Origin: a virus
Lineage: Duplodnaviria; Heunggongvirae; Uroviricota; Caudoviricetes
Reading direction: 5' to 3' (one strand)
Length of the DNA: 64,000 bases
Virus record (IMG/VR): IMGVR_UViG_3300033489_000001
Location: 254,023-318,022 of that record
Shown: positions 35,908 to 45,343 of the stretch, piece after piece
How the letters are laid out: the number at the start of each line of letters is the position of its first letter
How positions within the stretch are numbered: position 1 is the first letter of the stretch
Made by a program: the position numbers and the translations under genes
Notes under the pieces: generated by a model
What the model saw: only the letters and a program-made list of their open reading frames with translations
What the model was told of the DNA's origin: nothing
Database searches by the model: none

Positions 35908-36810
35908 TTAAACATTAAGCTTTTCAATTACAGTCCCATCTTTAAGATACTCGGATTCCAAGGAAGGAACTAAATATTGACTACGTAATGTCGAAAATTC
36001 ATGTCCAAGTTCCTCTGCTACTTGAATCAGTGCCTCTTTAAATTCTTTTTTCAACTGTTTTTTGCGCCCATCAGGATCAGTAGGGAGTTTGCCAGCTTCA
36101 TGCCGAGTTTTATTTAAAGCCTTTTGCACCAAAACATTCGCAGCCAAACCTCTCAAATCTTTAGCAGTGATACCATTAAATTGACTCAAATAAGAATTAA
36201 CTTTTTCAGCCGTTACCTTACCCCCTTCCCACTCAAATAAGCAAGAGTCATTAGTGTCCGCCGCTTCATAGGCATCTCGCAAAGCCTTACGAATAACTGG
36301 ATCTGTGACCCATTTCTCCTGTTTGACTGATGACTTACCCACGTATTTTATGAAAGCCCCATTAGGCTTAAAAGAAACATGTTTTTTAAGCCATTGCGTT
36401 ACACCATAATGAGCTTCCCCTTTATTATTTAGGACTCCCTCTGAACTCTCTTTAGAACCAACACGTTCATGGGTTTCATCTATGAGCCCTATTACAAGTG
36501 CCGTAAGACACGTCTCAGGATCTTCCGATTTGATGTCCCTCTTGACCTTAGCTCGTAAGTCTTTGATGGACTTGCTTAGCTTCTCAAGACGCTTAGCTTT
36601 ATTTTTGTTCCTTTCAGCTATAGCACGGTCACTGTAAATATAGATGGTACTCGTACTTTTCCCGTCCTCAGAACGGACTTGTTTCTTTTCCTTGTACCGA
36701 GCTACTACTCGAAAAGCCATAGGGGCTCCCTCTTTATCAAGAGGGTTAGGCCGGGATGCTTGAAAGCGAGCAGCTACCCGCAGGGACAGGGTTTGTAAAA
36801 GAGATCCCAT
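35908..36810 (-). CDS. DNA topoisomerase IB (catalytic core)
   Basis: ERVG, YVGKSSV, TAKDLR, LGHE..TLRSQYL give the R-K-R-H-Y catalytic set of poxvirus/bacterial TopIB; ATG 36810 preferred as start. Confidence 0.85.
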   Translation of the reverse strand: MGSLLQTLSLRVAARFQASRPNPLDKEGAPMAFRVVARYKEKKQVRSEDGKSTSTIYIYSDRAIAERNKNKAKRLEKLSKSIKDLRAKVKRDIKSEDPETCLTALVIGLIDETHERVGSKESSEGVLNNKGEAHYGVTQWLKKHVSFKPNGAFIKYVGKSSVKQEKWVTDPVIRKALRDAYEAADTNDSCLFEWEGGKVTAEKVNSYLSQFNGITAKDLRGLAANVLVQKALNKTRHEAGKLPTDPDGRKKQLKKEFKEALIQVAEELGHEFSTLRSQYLVPSLESEYLKDGTVIEKLNV

Positions 36811-36848
36811 ATCTACACAGTAACGATAAATATGAATTATCAAAAAAC

Positions 36849-37124
36849 CTAACTTTTAGAGGTTTTTTGCTTAAGCATCTCTTCAACTTCACGCAATAAT
36901 TGTTTTCGGCGAATAGTCCTATCCGCTACTACACGCAATTGCTCAAAATCCTTCTTATCTAGGGCTGCCAAGATTTCTTCTGGAGAGATGTGCATCTCTT
37001 GGTTGTCACTAAGGTAGATCCTAACAAGGCTCAGATTACCTCTATTGAGAGCTTCATATAACCCAAACCAATTATCTGGGAACTCCCTTTTCACCCTATC
37101 TATAAATTCTTGAGGCAGTGCCAT
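36849..37124 (-). CDS. Hypothetical protein
   Basis: 91 aa in a tightly packed minus-strand operon. Confidence 0.6.
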   Translation of the reverse strand: MALPQEFIDRVKREFPDNWFGLYEALNRGNLSLVRIYLSDNQEMHISPEEILAALDKKDFEQLRVVADRTIRRKQLLREVEEMLKQKTSKS

Positions 37125-37131
37125 AACCTTT

Positions 37132-37413
37132 TCACCGTGATTTTATTTGATCTAATAAAGCTTCCACCTCTTCCAAACGAGGATTAGGCTTTTCATCCGT
37201 TGTAGGAACAAGTTCTGAATAACGCTGCCCATCTGCACGTTCACAAATGTTCCAGAGTACCGGTTGTCCCCACTTTATAGAACTCATGTCTGAGAAAAGG
37301 TCTCTTGAGAAATCAATAGTGAGATTCTTGAACTTTACGGTAATCACCTCTTCGGAAGTGTCTATAATGACTCCAGAGGTTGAACTAATCAATCGGTTTA
37401 CCCCCTCGTCCAC
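37132..37413 (-). CDS. Hypothetical protein
   Basis: 93 aa in the same operon. Confidence 0.5.
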   Translation of the reverse strand: MDEGVNRLISSTSGVIIDTSEEVITVKFKNLTIDFSRDLFSDMSSIKWGQPVLWNICERADGQRYSELVPTTDEKPNPRLEEVEALLDQIKSR

Positions 37414-37726
37414 TTAATTTTGCAGTTTGTTCAAACCTAATAACAGACTCACCATTTTCATCATTTTTATCGTATACTGCTGTAATGCCACCCCAGCCTT
37501 TATTAGGCTCATCATCAAAGACCCCAAACAAACCGTTCAATATACCTAAGAAACCCACGCTATTTTGGCCATTACTTGCTTGCACTTGCACCGTAGGATG
37601 ATCAGCTAGAGCTTGGTTACAAGGCACACGTGTCTCCAATAATGCTGTCATAGCTGATCGATCTATTTCCGTCACTTCATTTAGGAATTGAATTACCTCA
37701 TCAATTGTCACTGAATTTCTTATCAT
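37385..37726 (-). CDS. Phage hypothetical protein
   Basis: RVPCNQALADHPTVQV...VGFLGILNGLFG; SD AAGGAG. Confidence 0.65.
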   Translation of the reverse strand: MIRNSVTIDEVIQFLNEVTEIDRSAMTALLETRVPCNQALADHPTVQVQASNGQNSVGFLGILNGLFGVFDDEPNKGWGGITAVYDKNDENGESVIRFEQTAKLSGRGGKPID

Positions 37727-37754
37727 CAGAGGCTCCTTTACAAATCATCAAAGT

Positions 37755-38414
37755 TTATCGAATAAACGCTTTTTCTAACTTGTTTTTCTTAGTCCGAATA
37801 GCATCTATAAGTATGTTACGAAGATCTTGAGTCACAACCCGATCTCGTTCGCTTTTGGTTCCCACATACCAAACATTGAGATCAGTAAGATTAGAAAGTT
37901 TTTCTAACTCCCGAAGCAATTTACGTTGAATATCATACTCATGGAATTGAATAGGAGAATTTTTAAAATCTTCAGATGCTTCACTCGTAGCGGCCTCCGG
38001 CACTTCTGCTAACTTGATCGTGATTTCAGTTGCTTTAGCGGTAGCTTCAAAAGCCAGTTCCAATGCCTTACGCGCTTCAGTTTCTTTGCTTTTGTCCCCT
38101 ACCAAGATAGCATTAAGAACGAGCTTAACTGCATCAAAAGCTCCTATGACTGCATTGTACTGCGCTTGCGATTGAACCCCTGGCATTTGATCTTTAAGAA
38201 GATTAGCCATAGTTTGGTTCAACCCATGAGATTCTTTTTTCAACTGATCCCAATCGATCCAATCAAATTTTTTTGTCAGTTCCTTCCAAAAAGCCTCATG
38301 CTTAGGACTTGTTTGAATCGCTTGTATGGCTAAACGTTTTACTTCTTCCCGCCACGCCGCTTCCCCCTTTTGTTCCTTAAATTGTTGTAGATGTTGTTCA
38401 ACAGCAGTAGCCAT
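37755..38414 (-). CDS. Hypothetical helical protein
   Basis: 219 aa; SD GGAGG. Confidence 0.65.
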   Translation of the reverse strand: MATAVEQHLQQFKEQKGEAAWREEVKRLAIQAIQTSPKHEAFWKELTKKFDWIDWDQLKKESHGLNQTMANLLKDQMPGVQSQAQYNAVIGAFDAVKLVLNAILVGDKSKETEARKALELAFEATAKATEITIKLAEVPEAATSEASEDFKNSPIQFHEYDIQRKLLRELEKLSNLTDLNVWYVGTKSERDRVVTQDLRNILIDAIRTKKNKLEKAFIR

Positions 38415-38426
38415 TTAGGCCTCCCA

Positions 38427-38729
38427 CTAATGTAGATTTTTCGGTTTCTTAGACTCAATTAATTTTTCATAAAAGCGCTGGGCCATTTTCCGAGCGTTAA
38501 CTCTACCTACACCAATTCGTCGCAACTTCATCTCATACATCCCCTTGAGTAATTGCGCTCCCGTTTTTTGATTCTCAGGTTTCTCCATAAGGTTGAGGCA
38601 CGGCGTACAATAATAAACCTCGTCTACTGCTTGATCCCCAATAGCTGCCTTTTCTTCATCTGTTAAAAGGAACGTCTTGCCTTCTTTTAGAGTAAGCCGC
38701 TTCTGACACACGCAACAAATCCTGGTCAT
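38427..38729 (-). CDS. Small Zn-binding hypothetical protein
   Basis: CCVC...CTPC; ATGA overlap. Confidence 0.6.
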   Translation of the reverse strand: MTRICCVCQKRLTLKEGKTFLLTDEEKAAIGDQAVDEVYYCTPCLNLMEKPENQKTGAQLLKGMYEMKLRRIGVGRVNARKMAQRFYEKLIESKKPKNLH

Positions 38730-39277
38730 CGCGCCCCTATTAACAAAGCCGTAGAAAGTGGAAAAAGGACAGAAGTCATCCCAAGATGTTGCAGAATAAC
38801 TTGAAGCTTATCATTGTATTCAATGATGATCTCCTCTGAGTTTAGCACTAACTGCGTCCCTCTTCCCAACTCATGTGGATGGCAATTCAAAGGATTCCCC
38901 GTTGAATAAGTCACTCTACAATGCAGAGGTCTAACTTCATAAGCAAGGCACTCATCTTTTTCTAGCAGTGGGCAAGAGATATTACTAAGAAGCCAAATCC
39001 CTAAAGATAATCCCGTTATCTTTTCTTGATGACTTTTGAGTCTATCTTGTAGAGAAGCCGTCCAATAGCCATGTGACGTCAGCCATTGATACAGAAGTAA
39101 GCCTTCAAGAACTGTAATGAGAAAAGGATGCGAGCAGCAATAGTTACAACCTTTTTTGCAAGGGAAAATGTTTCCTTCTTGCCGTAACTTCTGTTCGTAT
39201 TCTGAGGCTATCTGAACTTGAGATGCTTTGGCGTTGGCCAAATCTCTCTCAATTGGAGTCGGGAAACGAGGCTTCAT
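38726..39277 (-). CDS. YkgJ/CxxCxxCC-family zinc/iron-chelating protein
   Basis: CKKGCNYCC...CPLL...CLAYEVRPLHCR. Confidence 0.85.
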   Translation of the reverse strand: MKPRFPTPIERDLANAKASQVQIASEYEQKLRQEGNIFPCKKGCNYCCSHPFLITVLEGLLLYQWLTSHGYWTASLQDRLKSHQEKITGLSLGIWLLSNISCPLLEKDECLAYEVRPLHCRVTYSTGNPLNCHPHELGRGTQLVLNSEEIIIEYNDKLQVILQHLGMTSVLFPLSTALLIGAR

Positions 39278-39288
39278 TCTTTGTTGAC

Positions 39289-39768
39289 TTAATCCTCATC
39301 GTCTAACAAATGATCGAACAAGTTGGCAGTGGTTTTCCGTGCAACCTTTACGAATTTATTGCTAAGAGATTGAAAGGCTCTTGGGATTTCAACAGGATAC
39401 TGTCTATTGTGTCCGTAATTGTTCTGACATAAAAGACGGTCTCTGAATCCTAACTTTAACTTAGGGTTTAGAAACAAAGCGCCTCCCATTTGGAACTCGC
39501 TTATCTTCACCCAATCCGAAAGCCAGGCCAAAGGAATAGCTCCTCTAGGAGAGGCTCTTTCCACCTTTATAAGAGCGCCTTTCTTTGGAGGTAAGAGAAC
39601 CGCTGGCCAATGACGAGGTGGGTTACAAATTACGGAACAATCCGCTTCCGTCCCTAAGATTTCGTTTTCGTTATCTTGGGATTCAATGAATGCAGTAGCC
39701 GTAGATGGATCAATTTTATGGACCAACCATAATTTTGATTTCCACCGTATTATATCCCCTACGTCCAT
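39289..39768 (-). CDS. Hypothetical protein with C-terminal LFDHL motif
   Basis: Ends TANLFDHLLDDED. Confidence 0.6.
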   Translation of the reverse strand: MDVGDIIRWKSKLWLVHKIDPSTATAFIESQDNENEILGTEADCSVICNPPRHWPAVLLPPKKGALIKVERASPRGAIPLAWLSDWVKISEFQMGGALFLNPKLKLGFRDRLLCQNNYGHNRQYPVEIPRAFQSLSNKFVKVARKTTANLFDHLLDDED

Positions 39769-39792
39769 AACCCACTCTACAAGAAAGTGAGC

Positions 39793-40524
39793 TTATGGAT
39801 TCTCGTTGAAAATTTCCGGGGGTATCCCTTTTTCTTTGAAGATATCATCGGCTGAGGCTTCCGTGTTTACATCTGATTCCTGAGTTCCCTCTTTAGAGGC
39901 TTTTGCTTTTTGAGGAGCTTTAGAAGTTTCTGTTTTTCCGTTCCTTTTAGAAGCTACTACGCGGTAAAGGCCCCGTTCCAATCTTTCAAAGACGCCTTGT
40001 TTGAGTCCGTTATTAAAGGTCTGACTGATGTAAGCATTTAAATCATTGCTTGGAGGATCTAAATGTTTTGACTTAAGGCCATCAACAACATCAGCCGTAC
40101 CCATGGCCTTTGATCCCATCACCAAGATCACACTCTCCATCATGGTAAGTTTGCCTTCGGAAGACTTTTTATAGACCTTTTTCTCCTTGGCAATTTTTTC
40201 CGGTTTGGACTCTTTTGTTGCTTTTACCACCCCAGGTTTGCGCCCCCTTTTTGGCTTCTCCGCAGCCGGTTCTGCTTTAGTCCTATACTTTTTTGTTACG
40301 GCCTCTGGATATTGTTCGTGTAATAATTTGGCCTGTGATTTAAGAGCTTCATTCCTAGCAAGAACCGCCTTGTAGTGGTCCTCTGCTTCTATGACAGCTT
40401 GTTTAGCCGCAGCTAGTTCCTTATCAGCCAGCTCTATTATCGTTGCGTGCTTTCGGCTGATATCGTTAATTTGCGCACTTAACTCTTTAATTAATACATC
40501 TAGATTTTTATTTGGCATCTTCAT
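39793..40524 (-). CDS. Putative DNA-binding protein (coiled coil, Lys-rich linker, winged-helix-like C-terminal domain)
   Basis: KPKRGRKP AT-hook-like motif; FERLERGLYR wing-like motif. Confidence 0.55.
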   Translation of the reverse strand: MKMPNKNLDVLIKELSAQINDISRKHATIIELADKELAAAKQAVIEAEDHYKAVLARNEALKSQAKLLHEQYPEAVTKKYRTKAEPAAEKPKRGRKPGVVKATKESKPEKIAKEKKVYKKSSEGKLTMMESVILVMGSKAMGTADVVDGLKSKHLDPPSNDLNAYISQTFNNGLKQGVFERLERGLYRVVASKRNGKTETSKAPQKAKASKEGTQESDVNTEASADDIFKEKGIPPEIFNENP

Positions 40525-40637
40525 TCCTTTTTGTTATCTGATCCTGTCTTATGTTTCGCTCAAACCTTTTTAAGCAAAGTTAAATTTCTTTGGGATACGG
40601 AATATTTCACACGCTACAAATACTGTCAAGAACTCTA

Positions 40638-40880
40638 TTACACCTTATTTTGAGGAAATTCTCGGTTCAAATCCCCCTCGTGAATGATACCTAATTTTCT
40701 AAGATAGCGTTCAGCGTCATCTTTAATGAAAGCTTGCTTAAGTCCTTCAATTCTAGGGTCTTTCGCTTTTTCAGCTTGTTGAATTGCTTGACGTAAAAGT
40801 TGTTTCCAGCCCTCTTTACGGTTCGGCGCTTGGATTTGTCTTTTAGGTTTGGTCTGTTGATTAAGTAAACGTATAGCCAT
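40638..40880 (-). CDS. Hypothetical protein
   Basis: 80 aa in the operon. Confidence 0.5.
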   Translation of the reverse strand: MAIRLLNQQTKPKRQIQAPNRKEGWKQLLRQAIQQAEKAKDPRIEGLKQAFIKDDAERYLRKLGIIHEGDLNREFPQNKV

Positions 40881-40892
40881 GGAACGACGCTC

Positions 40893-41282
40893 TCATTGTG
40901 CAAAAGGGGGCTGCCCTCGAAAGATAGCGTACAAAGGGATTGAGTTCGGGTTGTTAGGTTGATTGAGTTGAGCTTGTTCAACATCGTTTTGCTCAACTGT
41001 AGGTAGTCTAGGGATTGTATGAGCCAGCTCCAGCAAATGGGCATCGGTTGTGATTTTCAATAAATCTTCCCGAGCTTGTTCATCCAGTTCAAGGGTATGG
41101 ATAACTTGCGCATCGGTCATACTGTCAAGCATACAGATGCCAGCAAGATTAGCGTCATTAGGGGTGTCCCCTCGTTCCATCCAGACGTTCCTCATGCCAG
41201 GGCGGTAGAGGTCACATTTGGTCGTTGGAGGCATTGGACACTCCATACACGTACAAGGAGTATTATGACAAGTGCAGGACAT
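40893..41282 (-). CDS. Hypothetical protein with Cys-rich N-terminus
   Basis: MSCTCHNTPCTCMEC; SD AAAGGT. Confidence 0.55.
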   Translation of the reverse strand: MSCTCHNTPCTCMECPMPPTTKCDLYRPGMRNVWMERGDTPNDANLAGICMLDSMTDAQVIHTLELDEQAREDLLKITTDAHLLELAHTIPRLPTVEQNDVEQAQLNQPNNPNSIPLYAIFRGQPPFAQ

Positions 41283-41295
41283 TTTTTAGACCTTT

Positions 41296-41550
41296 CTAAC
41301 TAATTTTTAACCCCAACCAATCTAATCTGAAGACCACCTTAATGGGACCTTCCGTACAGTTCAAATTAACCCGCCCATAAAAGAAAGGAGCACACCGCCG
41401 TAACGCATGTGCTGTGACCTCAATTGGATTATACAGGCGCAAACGTTGCAGCATATCTTCTACATTTATTACGGGAATTGCAGATTCAACCTCCTCAGTA
41501 GTTAAATCTTCTGAGTCTTCCTCAAGCATGGGTAAGTCAAAGGTAATCAT
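41296..41550 (-). CDS. Hypothetical protein
   Basis: ATGA overlap with the upstream gene. Confidence 0.55.
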   Translation of the reverse strand: MITFDLPMLEEDSEDLTTEEVESAIPVINVEDMLQRLRLYNPIEVTAHALRRCAPFFYGRVNLNCTEGPIKVVFRLDWLGLKIS

Positions 41551-42356
41551 ATTGAACCTGTTGTATCCCGCCTACAAGAAGAAAGAGATTTATTCCCAGA
41601 GTAGCAATAAAGGCAGTTATAGGAACACGCTTCATTGACCGTAAAAGGATCGGTCATCGAAACGCATCCACACCTTTCCAAATGCACTTTTCCCTCAAAA
41701 TCTTCCGGTGATACACAGGCATCCATTTTAAATAAAGCTCCAGGCCATCCCAAAAAACTTTGGTCATCTGCACATAAAATCATTTCTATTCCAAATTTAC
41801 GTGCTTCATTTGCCAGCGTATTCAGGAGGTCAAAACGTTCTTGAGGAGTCCTTGTTTCCGGGATTCGATCGTTTGGTTGAAGAAAAGACACGATCACTTG
41901 GGTCATATGGGCACGGGTAGCGTAACTTAAGAGATTCTGGAATCTATGAAGGACCTCAGGTGTTGGAAGCAAAGGCACGGGACTAAACCGCCAACGCACC
42001 TTAAAGACCTTGGCCGTTTGAACTAGCAAATCGCCTGACTCTTGAATTGTGGGGACGCCTTTCTCAACCTCAGACCAACCCGTAGCCGTTACGTAAACGA
42101 TCACCGAATATTTAGATAGTATTTTTTTGCCTGAAATAAGATTGGTGGGGTTCTTGGTCCAGAAAACTAGACCTAAAGTATCCTCCGGCTGCAAAGACCA
42201 TACTTTTGGGGCCGTGGTCTTTGGGTCAAACGCAACCATTTTATTACGCACAAGGCATTCTTGAAACCATGCCCACTTGTTAGGATTACTAGGTACGTCC
42301 GTCCATCGGGAAAGAGAATAAGGTAACCCTTCTACGCAACCACTACAAAGTGTCAT
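41547..42356 (-). CDS. DUF1848-like (radical-SAM-related) protein
   Basis: SLSRWTDVP, LVFWTKNP, WRFSP, CGCVSMTD...CSYNCLYCY. Confidence 0.75.
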   Translation of the reverse strand: MTLCSGCVEGLPYSLSRWTDVPSNPNKWAWFQECLVRNKMVAFDPKTTAPKVWSLQPEDTLGLVFWTKNPTNLISGKKILSKYSVIVYVTATGWSEVEKGVPTIQESGDLLVQTAKVFKVRWRFSPVPLLPTPEVLHRFQNLLSYATRAHMTQVIVSFLQPNDRIPETRTPQERFDLLNTLANEARKFGIEMILCADDQSFLGWPGALFKMDACVSPEDFEGKVHLERCGCVSMTDPFTVNEACSYNCLYCYSGNKSLSSCRRDTTGSI

Positions 42357-42390
42357 GTAACTAAGTACACCGCTTTAATCTAAGAAGAAA

Positions 42391-42747
42391 TTAAAGTTGA
42401 TGGTCAGAAGGATTTTTTAATTCATGCCAAGTGACCTCTAAATCAGGGGTCACAGAAAGTAACTTCCTACCAGAATTATTTATAGTATCTAAGTAGTCAC
42501 TTTCTTTATATGAGGCACGCCACACGCTATGCCCGAAAGAGTCCCCGGCATAAACGAATATGGTTCTACCCTGTTTTTTTGCATAGAAACCAGCAGAGAT
42601 AACTGCACTATTAAGATCCCCCCGATTGCGAGCGTATAATTTTACCTTCTGTAAAGATGCGGTAGCTTTAGAATCTTTCTCGCTTTTGATTATTTGTAGC
42701 TTTTGAGAAGCTACCAAATAACGTCGGACAACGTTAGAACTAAGCAT
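42391..42747 (-). CDS. Hypothetical protein with N-terminal VVRRY motif
   Basis: MLSSNVVRRYLVAS. Confidence 0.6.
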   Translation of the reverse strand: MLSSNVVRRYLVASQKLQIIKSEKDSKATASLQKVKLYARNRGDLNSAVISAGFYAKKQGRTIFVYAGDSFGHSVWRASYKESDYLDTINNSGRKLLSVTPDLEVTWHELKNPSDHQL

Positions 42748-42752
42748 AAAAA

Positions 42753-44633
42753 CTACTTCCAGGCAGAAGCTGAAAGTTCAGAAGCTTGCTTTCGAGTTTG
42801 AGGCCGATACCCTCGCTGAACGGGCTCTACTTTGAAGCCAAACCCCTTTCCTAACTTAACCAAAGCCGTAAGGGTTGCTCGTTCAGAAGCTTTAGGGGAA
42901 CCGCCTTCATCTACGGGAAATTGAATGTCAACTCGTGTCTCCCGACGCATTCCCGCTTTTTCTTGTTGAAAGGTCAGTGGTCCTGACGTCTGATGCCCTA
43001 TGACACTCAAGTTAGCATCATGCGTTTCCCCATCATCCCCCACCACAGGGATAAAGGTCGTGTTAATTTCTTTGATCGTGTCAATATTGAAAGGAACTGG
43101 TTTACGCCCTTCAACAAACAGAACGCTCATCGTATCTACGGCATGGCTCCAACCAGCAGTCCTATCGGCGGAAGCCTGTTTTAGACGCTTAATCTCCGCA
43201 TCTGTGTACTCGAACTTATCTCGTAAGATCTCTTCGGCTTTTTCTGCGGTCATTTTCGGGTCACTAAACAAGAATCGCTTGTTGGGGTTCTTTACTAGAT
43301 CAACCATGATTGCGTGTTGGTTATAATCCCCAACATTGCTCTTAGAAGGCTTGCGTGAAGCTTCCTCTTGACCAGCAGTTTTTTTACCTGGAAAATATGT
43401 CTCTTGATGGCATGAAGGATCACCTGGTTTTTTATATGCACAATAAATACTCCAGGCAGTTGCCCAAGCTTGTTCATCTGTATATCCAGGGTTATCCTTC
43501 TTCACCTTTTTAAAATAGTCGTCAACTTTAGAGGGGGCTGATTTATCTTGATCGGCAGTTAAGAAACGAGTAGCCACACGAATTGTAGAAGCCGCTTTAA
43601 ACTCGTCCTTGTGCTCTTCATTCATCCTTTCCCACTCTTTAGCGTCTTCAGGAGTCATGTTTTTTGTGGGATCAGCAGGTTTACCCTCCTCAAAACGGGA
43701 TAGCACCTGATCACTTGCAGCCTTGAATTCGTCTTTATGCTCTTCCGTTTGCTGCTTCCATTCTTTAGCATCTTCAGGGCTCATGTTCTTAGTGGGATCA
43801 GCAGGCTTACCTTCCTCAAAACGAGATAGAACTAATTCTTTTTTGGATGCCATAGTTCCCTCAACTCCTCTTAAACGAACTGCAATAACTGTATTTGCTT
43901 GCCTTAGGCCCTTTTCAGCCATTTGCTCTTTTCGCCACGCTACGAATTTTTCCCAGTCCCGTTGTTCGTTATATAGGCGGTCCTTGACAATGAGAATCAT
44001 CGCAGCGAACGTGACTTTTGGCCTACTGTCAGAATCAAAAGTAGTCCAATTATCATTTCCTACGGACATGCTGACGAAATCACGAAAGCCCCAGGTCAAG
44101 CGGAAAGAAGTTGTTCCTTTGAATACCTTATCCGCAACAGAAATGTTTTGCTTGAAATCGTAGTCAGCCCAATCTGACGCGGCGGTCAATTGAATAGGTT
44201 TTTGGATGGTCACACTATACCCAAGCTCTTCAAATTCAGATAACCCAGCTTTCTCGAAAGCTATCAAACGTTTCAACAGGCGAGTGGTTGCTTCACGAAT
44301 TAAATCATTAACTTCTTTGAATTCTTCCTTGACCCGTGGGAGGTAGGATTCAAAAAACCCTTCTTCTTTGGAATGTTTTATGTAGGTTTCATCCCTAGGA
44401 TCAGTCACCCAATCCACTTCCATCCGTTCAGATACAAGGCGGGCTATTAGTTTACAATCGCCAGAGGCCATAGAATGTAAAGTGGGGTACGTCGCAGCGG
44501 TTTTGAACTCGTTTTTGTGCTGTTCCATCATAATATCCCATTTTTTAGCTTCTTCAGGGTTCTCTTCCCGCCACCTTTTGGCTCGGTCTAAGCATTGTTT
44601 AAAGGTAAACAATGCGGCGTTCTTAGTGGTCAT
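42753..44633 (-). CDS. Modular putative internal virion protein with 42-aa repeats and a ChaB-like segment
   Basis: Two RFEEGKPADPTKNMxPEDAKEW...EEHKDEFKAAS repeats; YTDEQAWATAWSIY; RVATRF; ATG 44633 preferred as start. Confidence 0.55.
   Translation of the reverse strand: MTTKNAALFTFKQCLDRAKRWREENPEEAKKWDIMMEQHKNEFKTAATYPTLHSMASGDCKLIARLVSERMEVDWVTDPRDETYIKHSKEEGFFESYLPRVKEEFKEVNDLIREATTRLLKRLIAFEKAGLSEFEELGYSVTIQKPIQLTAASDWADYDFKQNISVADKVFKGTTSFRLTWGFRDFVSMSVGNDNWTTFDSDSRPKVTFAAMILIVKDRLYNEQRDWEKFVAWRKEQMAEKGLRQANTVIAVRLRGVEGTMASKKELVLSRFEEGKPADPTKNMSPEDAKEWKQQTEEHKDEFKAASDQVLSRFEEGKPADPTKNMTPEDAKEWERMNEEHKDEFKAASTIRVATRFLTADQDKSAPSKVDDYFKKVKKDNPGYTDEQAWATAWSIYCAYKKPGDPSCHQETYFPGKKTAGQEEASRKPSKSNVGDYNQHAIMVDLVKNPNKRFLFSDPKMTAEKAEEILRDKFEYTDAEIKRLKQASADRTAGWSHAVDTMSVLFVEGRKPVPFNIDTIKEINTTFIPVVGDDGETHDANLSVIGHQTSGPLTFQQEKAGMRRETRVDIQFPVDEGGSPKASERATLTALVKLGKGFGFKVEPVQRGYRPQTRKQASELSASAWK
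43591..43830 (-). repeat. Two tandem 126-bp coding repeats
   Basis: Units at about 43591-43703 and 43717-43830. Confidence 0.85.
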
Positions 44634-44641
44634 AATAAATC

Positions 44642-45343
44642 TCAACGATTTACAGAGAAATGAGATTTGTACCCAATCCTGTTTCTCTTTAACCACTCAT
44701 CAAATTCATCCCAAGACACACTTTTCAAGGTTGTTGGGTCGGCCTTTAGAATTGTATAAAGTTTACGTGCTGCTGATGGAGATGAGGCTTTATACAACGT
44801 GTAATAAGGGTCCGCTAGTTGAAGATCTGAATCTGGGGAGTATGTTGAAAAGTCAGTCCATTCAACTTTGACTGTAAAATCCTTACCCTCAACGTTAAAA
44901 GGTTCTGTCCCTTCTGGCTCTACTTCAAGATAAAAAACTTCCTTCTCGTGCCATCTTTCTTCTCGCAAAAATGACCATCCCTTACCTTGTTCAACTTGCT
45001 CTGGAGACATATTATTGATAGTAATTTCTGCGGCTGCCATATAGGAATCTAGTATTTTTTTCTTGATGTCTTCATAACTGTCAGAAGAACCTATTTTTGC
45101 TTCTCGAAGGATGTTTCCTGGAATGTAAGCAGCAAAACGATCCCAACCCCTGCCTCCAGGATTGTTCAATTCAGCTTTTTTGAGCTTTTTCTTACCTTTT
45201 TGAGGCAGTTCTTCTAAAAGCCAGTAATCCTTATTCCAACGAAGGCGGGCATCACGGCCTAAAAGCTTGCCATCCCAACGATCCGCAGCAACCTTGGCTT
45301 GAAAGCGAGCGACAACTCGTAAGTTAGTATTCATAGTTTTCAT
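44642..45343 (-). CDS. Hypothetical protein with N-terminal RVVARF motif
   Basis: MNTNLRVVARFQAK. Confidence 0.65.
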   Translation of the reverse strand: MKTMNTNLRVVARFQAKVAADRWDGKLLGRDARLRWNKDYWLLEELPQKGKKKLKKAELNNPGGRGWDRFAAYIPGNILREAKIGSSDSYEDIKKKILDSYMAAAEITINNMSPEQVEQGKGWSFLREERWHEKEVFYLEVEPEGTEPFNVEGKDFTVKVEWTDFSTYSPDSDLQLADPYYTLYKASSPSAARKLYTILKADPTTLKSVSWDEFDEWLKRNRIGYKSHFSVNR

